The notes under the pieces are model-generated. The model was not told where the DNA came from. It was given only the letters and a program-made list of their open reading frames with translations, and did not search any database. DNA of 64,000 nt from Marsupella aquatica (taxonomy: Eukaryota; Plantae; Marchantiophyta), in assembly GCA_973895155.1 (NCBI GenBank), contig OZ316896.1, positions 12,690,549 through 12,754,548 of the forward strand. The letters run 5' to 3'. Shown piece after piece: positions 37,672 to 50,637 of the stretch; the stretch's first letter is position 1; every line of letters begins with the position of its first letter. Position numbers and translations under genes: made by a program.

Positions 37672-38659
37672 ATAAATTGCAAAAATGCTATCTGCCATGG
37701 AAAGCTTGGAAGCCCACGAGGGAAAGCTCAGAAGCCATCGGGGAAGCCATATTTGAATCACTCTAGTGGCTGGCCAGTTTATGTGTGTGCAGATTTAATT
37801 GAGCTCTAGTGGTTGGCCAAATTGTGTATGCATGAACATGGTGTTGGTGAGGTCACCTATCCCAGCAAGTGCTATGCCTCCAACATGCGTGCTCAACTAT
37901 GTGGTTTTTCTTTAGTGCATTCTATACACAAGCTTGACAATTTTGATGTTTGATATATACTATTTGGGGCTTTATACACTTCTAATTAAAATTTCCAAGA
38001 CCCACACTTTGGATCTATTCCTAGAAAAATTAATCCGTGTACCCCCATGTTCATCCAAGGAATGTGTGCATGATGAAGTGAAATCAATTTTCAGCAAGGC
38101 GATGACTGACGGTTTTGAGTCTCCCAATGGTGTTGGTGTGTACTTGTATAAAAGAACACGCTCAAAAGATAGAGGAGATTTATCAAACAAAAGGTTGAAT
38201 GTGGAGGAATTGAGTTTTTTGACGGTTTTTGCTTACACATTATTGGAGAAATTGTGTTTTTACCATTCTTGATTGATAATTTGTGAGTTACATTGAGCAT
38301 TACCACCACAAGACAGACTGGAAGACAACACTCATCTGTTGGCAAAAGAGCGCTTGTTGATTCGGTGGGAAGAACACATAAAATGAACGAGCCATCACTT
38401 CACACGAAGGATTTGTAGTTTTTTAATTTAAGAAAACTATGGTGTGAGGGGGAGACCAACAATTGTTTCTTTGACATAGAGGTTGCATTTGGCGTCAACC
38501 TTTCTTCACAGTGAGCTTCAGTTGAAGACTAGAGGGATGCAAACAATTCAAGTCAGGAAGCAAGCATTGTGGACAAGCGATGACGATGTAATCAAAGAAA
38601 TCAATTTGCAATGGCTAAGTTTTTGACAATGACGAGATTGTGATATCTCTTAATCGAGA

Positions 38660-39085
38660 AAGGGTTTCCAATGAGCCTCAGATTGAGAAATTCGAAATGA
38701 GTTTTTGAATTTCTTTGCCTTTCCAATGAGTGTGAGTATAAGAAATTTTGATCATGAGTTCATGAATTCTTTTTGCTTTCCAACATTGAGTTCGACATTG
38801 TCAGATTTTGTCACGGTACTAGAGAGATCATGAGGTTTTCAATCTCTTCAGCTTTCTAATGTGTGACATTGAGACTATTTGTCAAGAATTAGAGAGATCA
38901 TGAGTACCTGAAATTCTCTAGTTTTCCAATGAACCTAACATTGATAGATTTTGTCAAGTACTAAGGAGATGATGAGTTTTTAATTTTACTCTAGCTTTCC
39001 AATGAGAGGTCTATGTTTCTAAATCTTGATCTTGAGTTTTCCAATGAATCAAACATTGACAGATTTTATCAAGTACTAAGGAGAT
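38660..39085. repeat. Degenerate ~55-70 bp tandem repeat
   Basis: Recurring tttccaatga...acattga.agattttgtcaagtactaag.gagatcatgag. Confidence 0.7.
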
Positions 39086-40486
39086 TGATTATTTAGTTTT
39101 ACAATGTGAAGCCAAAGGGGTTTTAACTATGTACATTTTTATCAATTGGTTTTTTCAAACTTGCAAACAATTAAAAAATACAAGCATTTTGATATAAAAC
39201 ACTTATGCATCTTTGACAAACATAATAATGGTAACTTTATTTTACTAAATGACATCTCTTCCTTTGTATTTTGGTTTTTTTACATTTAATATTTACGGCA
39301 TGGCACCCCAAAAATTACATTACTTTTGCCACAAACAGGAATGTGCATGTTTGTCATTGTTAAAAGTAGGATCATTCCTGTTTGTGGCTGATTGTGATGA
39401 TGTGGTGCAACCTCGTGGCAGAGGATTTGCAAGAGACTTCTCATGGGGGTCCATAATGAAAAATACAGGGAAAATCAAAACACCTTGCTCTACATGCTCG
39501 TCTACATATGTTATTCAACTTTGCATCGAGTCTCACATTTTTTTCATTCCCTTCAAAACAAAAAAGAATTAAAAAGGATATTTCCAATTAAATCCAGATC
39601 TAGCAACTTCCATCAGAAATTAACCACACCCTTCTATCCAATTAGACATCAAATGAACCCTAAGGTAGGTCCATTTGATAAATTATTCAAAGACATTCCA
39701 ATTCAAAATGCAGTGCAAACGGGAGTGCAAAAGGCTTCTAATTCCAGCTCAATTGGAAGATGTTCATTTTAATCCCAATTGGATACCCATCCCATTGTAC
39801 CAAAATTGCAAAATAATGTGTTTCCAATCTCAAACCCAATATAATCTGATTCCATTACATAAACAATCGGAACAGCATCCCATTGTCCCTCAATTGGAAC
39901 ATTGGGTCCAATAAATTTGGGAATAAATTTCAATCGAAAACTATACTCCATTTTAAAAACAATAGCCAGGAGACGCATCCCATAGTACATACATTGCAAA
40001 TTTCCATCTCATCGTAAACCAATAGAGTACAAGTGGCCGATTCCTAGAACACTGGAAAACGCTTCCAGTAATGTTTGATACATAAACATGTTTCAGTTTT
40101 GCATTGAATTGCTCACCAAAAATATCCAATTCAATGCGAATGACAATCTGCAATCCCTGCCAAATTGCAACTTACAACTGTAGAACTGACAACTTGTGCT
40201 TTTCATTGTAAAAGAGTCTCTGGTTCATTGTGAATAGGACAACAATGGGACCGATAAGTCCATTTCTATTCAACATGGAACATAATTATGATTGTTTATG
40301 AATCAAAAAGCTTTTCCAATTGTGGTTGGGTTGGAACTAATGTTTTCCAATGGTGATGGAATGACAATGTTTGATTTGCATGGGATCAGAAAGTGAACTA
40401 GCCAATGCGTTTAGAATGGAATTGGAAATTCTTGCATTGTCGGAAGGTAAGAATCAGATCGAGTAGGCCCCAAAGTGTACCAGTGA

Positions 40487-40543
40487 TCTTGTGTCTTTGG
40501 TTAGGGTTTGGTTCTTGTGTCTTTGGTTAGGGTTTGGTTCTTG
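40487..40543. repeat. 26-bp perfect tandem duplication
   Basis: tcttgtgtctttggttagggtttggt x2. Confidence 0.92.
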
Positions 40544-41671
40544 GCTCTTTGATTGCGGCTTGTCAAACCTTGTTGCTTACCTATGATATGTGCACTTATT
40601 TTTCTGTCAGCTTACAATAAACTTGCCTCCTATTCTAGAAAATAGAAGGTAACAAGTTATGACTTCTCCTCAGTTGCAATTGGGTGATCCTAGTACCTTT
40701 GTATTTTCTGTAGTTTATAATTTTGACTTTTTCTCTCCTCTAGGGGTAGTTAACAAAGTGGAAACTCAAGCAAGTCAGAGAGTGTAATTAAGGTATTGCA
40801 CAACTAGGATTTGCTGCATCCTCATCCCTAGATAATGATCCCCGGCCCCAGCTATACGGAGGGCGCCCTGCGATGGGCCTCTGACTATAGTGGTTAAACT
40901 ACAACCACCTTGCCATGGGTTTCTAGGCTACTATCCCACTTGGTTTGGACCTTGATCTGACTGTACAGGTCGGTTGCACTCTTGGTTCTGCCTCTGGCCC
41001 ATTGAGGGCTCCCTCCTTTTCTTGGAAGTCAACTCTTATTGTACCTTACCTGATTCTTTTCTTTATTTTAATTTTTTTACTGGAATACATAGGGGAGATC
41101 TCTTCTTTTAGAGAGAGATGCTTAACAGGCCCCATACTTAAAAAAAGTTTACTTGATCAACCCCCTTGAAATGTTTTTGCCCCAATAGACCCTCTTAATG
41201 AGCGTATGCTTTATTCTTGTTTGGGTCCTTCTAAAGCAAGAATCTGGGTTACTGGGACCAAACTTTGCCAATAGTGACTACAGGCCTCTACCACAAACTT
41301 TGCTCAGTATCACCACAGACTGTGCCCAATTAAATTGCAGGCTGTGAATGGGGCTGGTCCTCATTGACGGCGTTGTGGCGTCAATTCACTCATTTTTGCA
41401 CCATCTCAATGACGTGGCTAGGGTTATTACAAAGTGAAGCCATTCATGTGAAGGTCTTCCCTTCGTACACTGCATTCCTTGTTTTGGCATATCCGACCTC
41501 CCAGCTGGTCTCTTCAAGGCTCGAGCTGTTATGAGTTCCCATTGGGTGTTCATGTGTTCCACACGGGCCTGGACAATGTGTGGGGGTTCTGCCACATTCA
41601 AATGTACAATAAAGCAAAGCACAGTTGGACTGGCAAATAGAATCATACATGTTTATACTGAAAGAAGACCT

Positions 41672-41960
41672 GAAGACAATGTCGACAATGCATGTCTTCC
41701 CAAACCACCAGTGTACATCGCCCATTTTCCCCCACCCAAAAGGCACAATGTTCACAAAACTACTCTTGGTCAGATAAATGCCAAGTGTGTTTTGAAGACA
41801 ATGTCCACAATGTCTTCCCAAACCACCAATGTTGGCCATTTGCCCCTGCCCAAACGGTATGATGTTCGCAAAAACTACTCTTGGCCAAGAAAAATGTCTA
41901 GTGTGACCTAAAGACAATATCCATAATGTCTTCCCCAAACACCAATGTCAGCCATTTGCA
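41672..41960. repeat. ~120-bp tandem repeat, about 2.5 copies
   Basis: aagacaat.tc.a.aatg..tcttcccaaac.acca.tgt...ccattt at about 41674, 41795 and 41911. Confidence 0.75.
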
Positions 41961-43289
41961 CTAAGAAGACACAAAGAACGCATTCATGTGAATGTCTTCA
42001 CATTTGGTTACTCTAATCTCATAGTTTGGACTGCGCCAAAATGAGCAGCTTGACCGAATTTACAATCACGACGAGGAGCACCACTGTGCAGGCCCTGCGG
42101 ATTGACCAGGCTTCATGGTTCAAAGGCCAGTAGTCACTTTTTACCCAATTTGATCCTTCCAACCCAGAATCTCACTTTAGAATAACTTTTAGAACAACAT
42201 ACTGTACAGCCCATTAAGAGGGGGTTGATTGAGGTAAACGCTACAAGGCAACGAAACTAGAAGTAGGATCTCCCAACTAAGACTTAGGTAGTGCTGCAAG
42301 TATTGACTTCTAAAGCAAAACTTTCAGTCATTCATTTTATTATTCATTAACCATGACTTGTACATATTGGCTCTTTTAGTTTATTTTTAAGGCAGGAATC
42401 CTCCCAAACATTATTGAGGTGGACTTTACAATAATTAAAGGGACACTTGTGACGTCTGTTCACCAAAAAAAACTTGAGGGTAATTTCTTTTTCTAAAGGT
42501 AGGCTCAATCCACACCAAAAATCTTCTGAAGTGACAAAGTTCAATAAATGCAAATCCCTTGCATGAAGGAGCCCTAGCTTTGAAAATGTTTGAACCATCT
42601 CTCAATATGGTCAAAATAAACAAAATAAACACTCCACTCCAGCATTTGCTTGGGCTCTTGCTTGCCATGCAGGATCAGTGGACACTACATTTGAAACCCA
42701 CCTGAATGAGTTCCCAGTGCTTGTGAAGCCAACTTAAGCTATTTCCATTCATTTTAAAGTCCAGATTTACTCTTGGAGGGAATAAGAAGAAGCAATGCCC
42801 CCAAAAGGTCTTGTAAAGTCACCCACTGCAAGTAGCACTAGCTAGAGGGACTTGTGTGTTGGCCTACTGGACACCAGAATAAGAGATTGACTCTGAAGTC
42901 TTCTTACTCCAGAGTTCTACCAGGCTTTAATTTCAGTTTGTTGCTCAGTACCAGTTTACTTCTTTTACGGTTGTTAGCAAAGCCTCCCAAGCTTTTTGGC
43001 TCTTTACTATTCCTGGTTTGCCCTTGTTTTCTCCCCACTATTGGGTCTCCTGCCTTTGGGATCCTGTCTCCCGGCATGACGCCTTCTGTTCTAGGGTTTG
43101 GCACACTTCCAAGTAGATCATATACCTAGCTCATACCTCCAACATCCTTTATTAAAATTTGTTTTTGATTGTTTTAAATAAATATTCATATATTTTGGGG
43201 AAGTTAATATGGTGTTTTTGTAGAGTTACTCTTACTCCCGGAGTCCACACTTTGTTTCTTCCGACCCATTGTGTGCGAAGAAGTTAGGC

Positions 43290-45310
43290 CTGGGGTGTTT
43301 TAATTCAATTGTGCGGAAGCCACTTGAAAAGTTTTGTTCAAGAAAGATAGGGGTGTTTTAATCTAATTTTGAGACTTATAAGAACTATAGGGGTTTTTTA
43401 ATACCAAATGTGGGAATATTCCATAAAGTTAGGGGTTAAAAATTGTCACCTGCTTATCAAACGATGAACACAACAAACACCACTTGGTTCCACTAAAAAT
43501 AGTTTGTATCGTATGACGGGGACGTGGAGGGACGCTATATGGATCAATTTCATACTAAGGATGAGTAGATTCGTTTCCGCTCCCGAAAATGTATTTTTTG
43601 ATCAAGTCTACCGACTATACGTACTCTGCTTTTGATCAAGTCCCGTGGACTACCTTGTTTCTACTCCTCCTGGCCTTTGGCAAAGTGCTGTCACCACTCT
43701 CCCACTCACAGGGTCGACCAAGCCATGTAAGTTTCTCTAAATACTCATACTAGGGGAAGAACACAATCGTGCAACCAAGAGAGGGAACAACACACAAGAA
43801 TTCATGAACATCCAACCGAATCCATATCTATTAGTGGCCAAGGTAACACATTGCATGGGCAACCCGGTCTCCTACCGTCTACCCAACTCCTACCCCACGG
43901 GACAATGAGCCCTCTCCACCTCAATACTCCGGATCGATTCCCTACTCTTGTTGAAGGCTAATCCTCACAAAAACAGCACTAGACTGAGTTCCCCCCTTGC
44001 TCCTACCGGGGGCTGCTGGTTAAATACCGAAAACAACAATGCATGAACACACAAGCCCTAGGGTGTGGCGGCGGCCACTGCCCTGGCTGGCCGCCATCCA
44101 CTGGCGGCGCCTCTAACCTAAAAGCCTTCTACACATGTGGCACACACATGCACTCCTAACCCTATTGCTACCCAAGTGAGGCCAACGGTGCCTTCGTCAG
44201 TTCTCACACCACCTAATCAAAAACTAGACTAAGTCCTATATGAGTAGGCCATGGCCTACCGAGTCTCAAATCCTACCACGGCCAGCGTCACGTCCAAATC
44301 GTCCGTACGGTCCCAGCCCCCCATCACGACATCAAATTGAGGTACCCTGGCCACATGCCCTGACTTGGCCGGGTCACCCTCCTGAAGGCCGTACGGACGT
44401 CCATACGGCGCCGAACCCTCATTTTTCACAAAAAACGCTCTGGTCTATATCTCTCTCATTTTAACTCCGTTTGAGGCGTGTCTTACATCATTAGATTCAG
44501 CTCGACGAGCTCCTTCCAATAAGCCCATGAGTTCTTGATTTTGAGAAGATTTAAAATTTCGACTTTTGTGTGGCCAAGGTCCGTACGGCTCCCGTACTAA
44601 CCGTCATCTGACTGCTTGCTTGTAGTAAGATCCTCATCTATGGATTGGCCACTGGAACCCACACTGTCCTCCTGGCCGGGGTCTCATTGGGCTTGCCCTC
44701 CGGTGGCCAGGGCCTCTCCCCTCAAGCCGCCTTACTATTGGCCAACACCCTCCTTGGCCGGCTTGCTGCCTTGCAGGCCGCCTGCCACCCAGGTCGGCTT
44801 CTTCTTCCCTGGGCGGCTTGTTGTTTGGCCGGCACTCTATTGGTTGGCCGGCACCCAAAAGTGATGCTTGGCCACTCTCGCCTTTCGACCCGGCCCCCAT
44901 TACTTTAATACTAGGGCCGCTTAAAAATAAAAAGATAGGAATCCCCCAACGCCTACATGGAAGGGCATTAGGGTACATGCCTTGTCTTGCCCCGGCCAGT
45001 GGCCAACCCCCCCTTATCCTGAGGCTTGGCCGACAACTAAAATTCAGAGGACATAAAAACCATCAACACTCACCTCATCTTATTGTACGTAAACTATCTT
45101 TGGCGAGGTTGTAAGAGAACAAAAACAAAAAACTTGACACAAATCTATTTATTTACATGTGTGCGTCACTACTACCCTTTAAAATCATTCCTTGGGACCA
45201 TTGGCCCCGTCACAAAAATAATAAAAATATACTTTATTTTCTTAAGTTTTAGGGTGTTTATTACCTGAAAACTTTGCGCATGATATGAGACTTCCCTTGG
45301 AGTGAAGCCC
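43290..45310 (+). mobile_element. Dispersed repeat split by a ~1.8-kb insertion
   Basis: 43290-43445 and 45230-45310 match consecutive parts of the contiguous copy at 54105-54357 (ggggtgttt.aat, agaactatagggg, cttaagttttagggtgtttatta, gcatgatatg.gac). Confidence 0.65.
43689..45068 (-). mobile_element. Putative long LTR fragment
   Basis: TGTCA...CAACA-bounded 1.4-kb non-coding block with GC-rich internal repeats (ccgtacgg, tggcc), lying within the insertion above. A purine-rich aagatgaggtgag abuts it on the minus strand. No TSD found. Confidence 0.4.
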
Positions 45311-46948
45311 CTGAGCTCTTACTTGTAAGGGAGAGTAGAGTTTTCTCTTGAATTAGGGAGAGTACAGTTTTCTCTATACTAATTCAAGCATGCTAGGGCC
45401 AAGGATTTTCATGCGGGACCTGTGGCACCCACCTTTTTCCATAGGGAAAAAATAACTGTTTAAAATGCATGAGTTGGTTAACACTAATTCATGTCAAGTG
45501 TAGCCCACAATTTGCTTCAATTGAATTAGTGTGAGTACACTTATGGCATGATCAGTGTAGTATAACAAGAAAAATGAGAAAAGTCAGTGAACTTAAATTT
45601 ATTGTCTTAGAGTTCTTTGAGAAAGGATCCTGCGGAAAGGTGGGTGACTTGCCCAGCCAATCTCAAACAACAAGTGACTGTAAAATACCTTATGATGTCC
45701 TCACTGCTCCCTCACTGCTCACTTGCTGCTCCCTCTCCTGCCTGCTCCTGGTGGTCTCACGAGAGCTCACAATGGCCACTCCTTCTCCTGCTGTGCGTGA
45801 TGCTCTCCTTTTGCGGGTGATAGCCTCTCCCACTTTTCCTTGCTGCTTAAAGCTTTGCAAAACTCTCCTGCTGGTGGGGATGGTCTGGTTTTGCTTCTCC
45901 CTGTACTAGTATGCCAGAACAAAAGCCCCGCAACTTAGGCTTTGCAAGTCCAGATATAGCATGCTCATCTTGGAAGACGTTTCATTTTTGTTGTCTTGTA
46001 TTGATGTGCAGGCCAGGTCATCTAATTTCTTTTTGGGGTTGATAAGATTGAGTGGGGAATTCAAGAAGCACAGTCACATGCAAAGAAAATATACTGACAT
46101 AATGATCAAGGAAGTTCAGGTGACCTATGGTACTAAGGTATTGAAAAGTCATGCACAGTCATAAGGTACAGATACTCACCTACCTCTAATGACAATCAAA
46201 ACCATAAACTTAAGAAACAAAGCCATAATGAGCACATTGAGCACTTAAAGCAATCTCGAGGCTCATCTCAAGGCTCATTTAAGAGCCTCTTGTCCATATC
46301 TGCCCGCATTTGATATCCGTAAATTCCAGTTTTTCTAAGTGACTATAGCATGAATGTATCCCACTTTTTGGGTGGGGTGAATGTTAAAAGACTCTTGGGC
46401 CAGCAAGTTTCAAACCCAACAACTATTGTGCCCCCACACTGCCCATCATGCGCTACTCTGTTGTGCTACCACCTAACTTGGGCAGGTGATGTCCTCATTC
46501 AATGATTTTGCACATGCAGGCAGCGGGGCACTACGTATGGGCTAATTAATGTGCGAGGCTCTTAGTTGGTGTTGAGATTGTTTTTTGTCCTTACCAAGAA
46601 GGGAACTTAAAACACAAGGTGTACACATTCTTTAGAATCATTTCTCTTCTCTCAGTCATGAAAATAGATAGAATCTCTCTCAAGTGGTAGAGATTCTTTG
46701 AATTTTGCTCAATGGATTGGATGCAGAACACTGAAATCTAAAATTAGTGAGAAAGAATAGCTTTTAGTATAGCATAGATTGAAAACATTAGGAGGGGTAC
46801 CAGATAAATTCAAACTCTAAACAATGCAAATGACGCACCTTGTTAAGGCACATGGAAATAAAAATACACCAAACAAAACATGAATAAGACAAAAGACTGA
46901 AAAATGTATTCCCCATATAGCAACATCTTACTAATAAAGCGCACCCGC

Positions 46949-47248
46949 ACTATTCAGAGCTATTGTCTAGAGTGAAATCTCTAAACTGTGACTCTAAGGG
47001 CATAACTGAAAGTGCATCCAGAAATTAGAGATGGGAGCACAGATCACCCATACTATTCAGGGTTATTGTTTGAAGGGAAGCCTCTAAACCATGACTCTAA
47101 GGAATAACGAGGAATAACTGAAAGTGCATCCAGAAAGTAGAGATGGGAGCACAGATCACCCATACTATTCAGGGTTATTGTTTGAAGGGAAGCCTCTAAA
47201 CCATGACTCTAAGGAATAAAGAGGAATAACTGAAAGTGCATCCAGAAA
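46949..47248. repeat. Tandem repeat, ~103-112 bp unit, about 2.8 copies
   Basis: actattcag at 46949, 47052 and 47164; copies 2 and 3 are nearly identical. Confidence 0.92.
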
Positions 47249-47506
47249 ATAGGGATAAGGATAAGGAATTTTTTTTGCAAGATTGTTTTAGGCCTCATCT
47301 CTATTTTGGTCCAAGGAGCCAGTAATCAGGCTAGTCAAAATAAATTAAGGTGTATTTCACTGTAAAATACTCTCACCTACTTGAGTTCTGCTTGCCAAAC
47401 TTAAGTCACGTTGTGGATTCACCAAAACTGGTCTGTTAAATCACCCTTGATTTGTCATTTACGAAAAACCACCTACACTAAATAAATAAATTAAAGCTTG
47501 GTTAAT

Positions 47507-48007
47507 TCAAGGCGGGGGTTTGCTAAGATCTCCTCTGTAAACAGACTTTCTCTCGTGGCTGTTGTCTGTTTTTCTCGGGCCACGAGGATCGATTCGCATC
47601 GACTTCCTTGGAGCAGGAGGGACGCTGCTGAAGCTCTGCTTGCGACCAGCTTCTTCGATGGGCCGGACATAGCCGGGCGGGTGTCCGTCGTCTACCACCG
47701 TGAAGGCAACAGCAACGGAACCCTGCCGCTCTCGAAGCTCGTGAGTTGATGCATAATGCCTCCAATCAGGTTTCTTCACCCCTATCTCGCTCTCATCGTA
47801 AAATGTGTGCGCTATAGACTTTCTTTTGGTCGAATCCTTCCTGCCTGGTCTTAATGTTGGAACGCTCTTGCTCCGGAGTGGAATTCTTTGCATCGATGGC
47901 CGTCGAGGCGGGCCGCTGGCGGTCGGTACTGAACTTGCAATGGATCCCCGTTTCGGAGTGGTGCTCCATATGCTCGCCCTGTCGTGTGGAGCTCTTGTTC
48001 CAGACAT
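47507..48007 (-). CDS. Intronless 166-aa basic, Arg/Ser/Pro-rich predicted disordered protein of unknown function
   Basis: ATG-to-stop ORF forming a GC- and CpG-rich island in AT-rich flanks; protein-like composition; no recognised domain. Confidence 0.6.
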   Translation of the reverse strand: MSGTRAPHDRASIWSTTPKRGSIASSVPTASGPPRRPSMQRIPLRSKSVPTLRPGRKDSTKRKSIAHTFYDESEIGVKKPDWRHYASTHELRERQGSVAVAFTVVDDGHPPGYVRPIEEAGRKQSFSSVPPAPRKSMRIDPRGPRKTDNSHERKSVYRGDLSKPPP

Positions 48008-50637
48008 TAATTGATGTTTGAATTGTGAGGAGTTTCTGGATAAGAACGCGTGTACAATTTCAATCTGTAATCTTCGTTCTAGGCCTTTTGGAATGCACGG
48101 CTTTGGAAAACCCTTAAAGTATGCTCACAATGCCGAATGAAAGTGAAGGCCATTTGCGCTTCAAGAAGGCCATTCTCAACATATTTCTTCATGGTATAAA
48201 TATTTGTTTTCTGACAAAGTCAGATTGAGTACTGCTGATTCTTTTGATTTTGTGCTTTCTCTTGGAGGCTTTTTCACCAGTGAAGAATTTCTGAAGAAGC
48301 AGTTTTCCCCCGATATAATACAATTGAAGAATTTCGTCGTATAACAAGATTCTTGAAACCACATGGACGTAAATTTAATACATCTAACTCGATGTTAGGG
48401 TACACGTAGAACGAGCACATGCTGACGAAATAAGTTTGAAAGTTTTGGAGCAGAAGTATGTCTAGTAAGAAGGAATCAGCTCCATGGTGTATTGTTGTTT
48501 TGGATGAAATAAATATCGGTAACCACTGGAGAAAGTTCACGCTGTCTTTCTCAACTTTCTGGATAGTCGAACAAATCAGAGCATGATCAACTGACGGATT
48601 TTGCCTGTATAGTATACATTAAACCCTAAAACGTCAAAGAAGGCATTTTAGGTGTTTGAGGCTTTCTAGATAATATATTTTGGATTGCCTGCTTTACAAT
48701 TCGAGAAATGCACTCTCACGTCAATTGCTAACCCAACATTTTGAAATTTGGTAATATTTGAGTTGAACAAGTGCTCTTTCTAATGAATGAAATTCGACAA
48801 TCTGAATTGCTGCTAAAAACCAATCCTTAGAAATTTGGAGAATGAAGCTTCAAAGTCCATTGGGGTAGTTGATAGCTTTTAAGGGCCACTATGTAAATTG
48901 AAGCCGAGTTAGAATTCGAATTTTTCTACAACACTCCACAATCAAAGTGAAAAGAAGAAACGTACTACACCTCTGGAATAGACGTGAGGGTTTAAATTGA
49001 AAATCTGCAATACTTGTCACACAACTGGCCACGATGTAATGAAGATTGATCCAATGAGTGGTGCTGAATTCTTCCAAAATTGGAGGGCTGACAACCAAGT
49101 ATATGATGACTTTGGCTAGAAAGATCTGAATTGATTGTCAAGGACACGAAGAAAACATAACTGAAACCTAAAAATTTGGGATCTTGATGAAATGTGATAT
49201 TAACAACCCTAAATATCAGTAATGTACATAATCAGTCCTATTTTCGCGTCGACAGTAGTTTGGAGATTTTAAACTCTTGGTTCTCGACCTGTTCGTGTGT
49301 TGGGTGTGCTTTTCATAGTTAAAATTTGATTCCGATTTCCATCCTAGTAGGCGACAGTCAAGAGCGCTTTGCCTGAAAGGACCTTCCCTCAAAGGGGTTC
49401 AATTCCTAGGAAGGTCGATCCAATAAGTTAATTTTATGTAAGACCAATGGCAATGATGGATACCGTTAAGCTGTCCAGCACTCTTTGGTTTCTATCGTTC
49501 TGTCCAAAGACCTTCGAGGTAAAAAAATAGCAGAGTCATGCATTGATCACATTGACATCTTCTAAGCCAAAGATGACAATAGTTATCAGGATCTAACATT
49601 TCTTGATATTTGTCTCACATTTCCTGAGCTGAATTCATGAATTAGGTCTGATTTCGATTGACGACTCAATTGGAAACAATTAACGACATTGACGAGGAAT
49701 CGTCTTTGTTAAACTAGTTCAAACGCGAGATAAGCCTAGCAAGGAAGCTAGAGGAGAAGAAAATCCTTCCTCGAATATTTTAAAGTTGACGGTGGATGAT
49801 GACAAATAACAATAACGAATGATTATGCCATTTTGTTCCATTTTTCAATTTTCAAAACTGAAGAAGAAGTCTTTATGCCGGTTTGAGGGAACAAATTCTT
49901 GCAAGTGAATGCATGGCTACCAATCTCTATGACTTGATTGTTCCAAACTCAGGTGAGTTTGAGTTTGAATGCCTCGTGCTTCAAATTATTTAACTGATAA
50001 ATCTCTTGTATTCTGAAAGACTTAAAAATGGAAAACAATGTCAACACTACTAGCTTTATGAGAGTGATAAATACATTTCGCAATTTAATGCTCGAGCCCT
50101 GGGTATAGGCTGGCATTTCCATACCCTTTACTCGTGTAACATAGACTCAGTAGTCTTCGTAGTTATAATCAGTCAAATATCTGAACTTTGAATTTCTTGT
50201 CTCCGAGTCTAGTCCACGAATCAGAAGAATTTAGACCTCGTCTCATGTGTCATGAATGATTTTGGCTCATTCGAAAAGATGAGGAATTGGGAACAATCAA
50301 TGGATATCCGTGGCATTGGGATACAAACATTGGATTTGGAGAGTTTGAAAATCTATAGTGCTCGGATAAGGGGTGAATGGGTGTGCTTTGCTTTTTCTCT
50401 GAGTCAAAAGTTGATGACTAGATTAGAAGGACCAGCTCCGGCGGAAATTCTTATTACATACGGAGGAATCTTAAGGTTAAATCTGAAGTGCCCCATTTCT
50501 CACGTACGAATTACAATTTCTAAAGAGAGTGGGTGAGATTAATGCAATCACAACACTGCAATTTCTTTGTGCTTGCTCACATTAAACTCACGATACGTTG
50601 CCCTTTCTGATTCTAAGCCTGGTCTTCTTTTGGCAGA

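Noticed and set aside
42104-42116. gaccaggcttcat, a partial match to miR166
   Set aside because: Only 13 nt match, the flanks differ and no complementary arm is visible.
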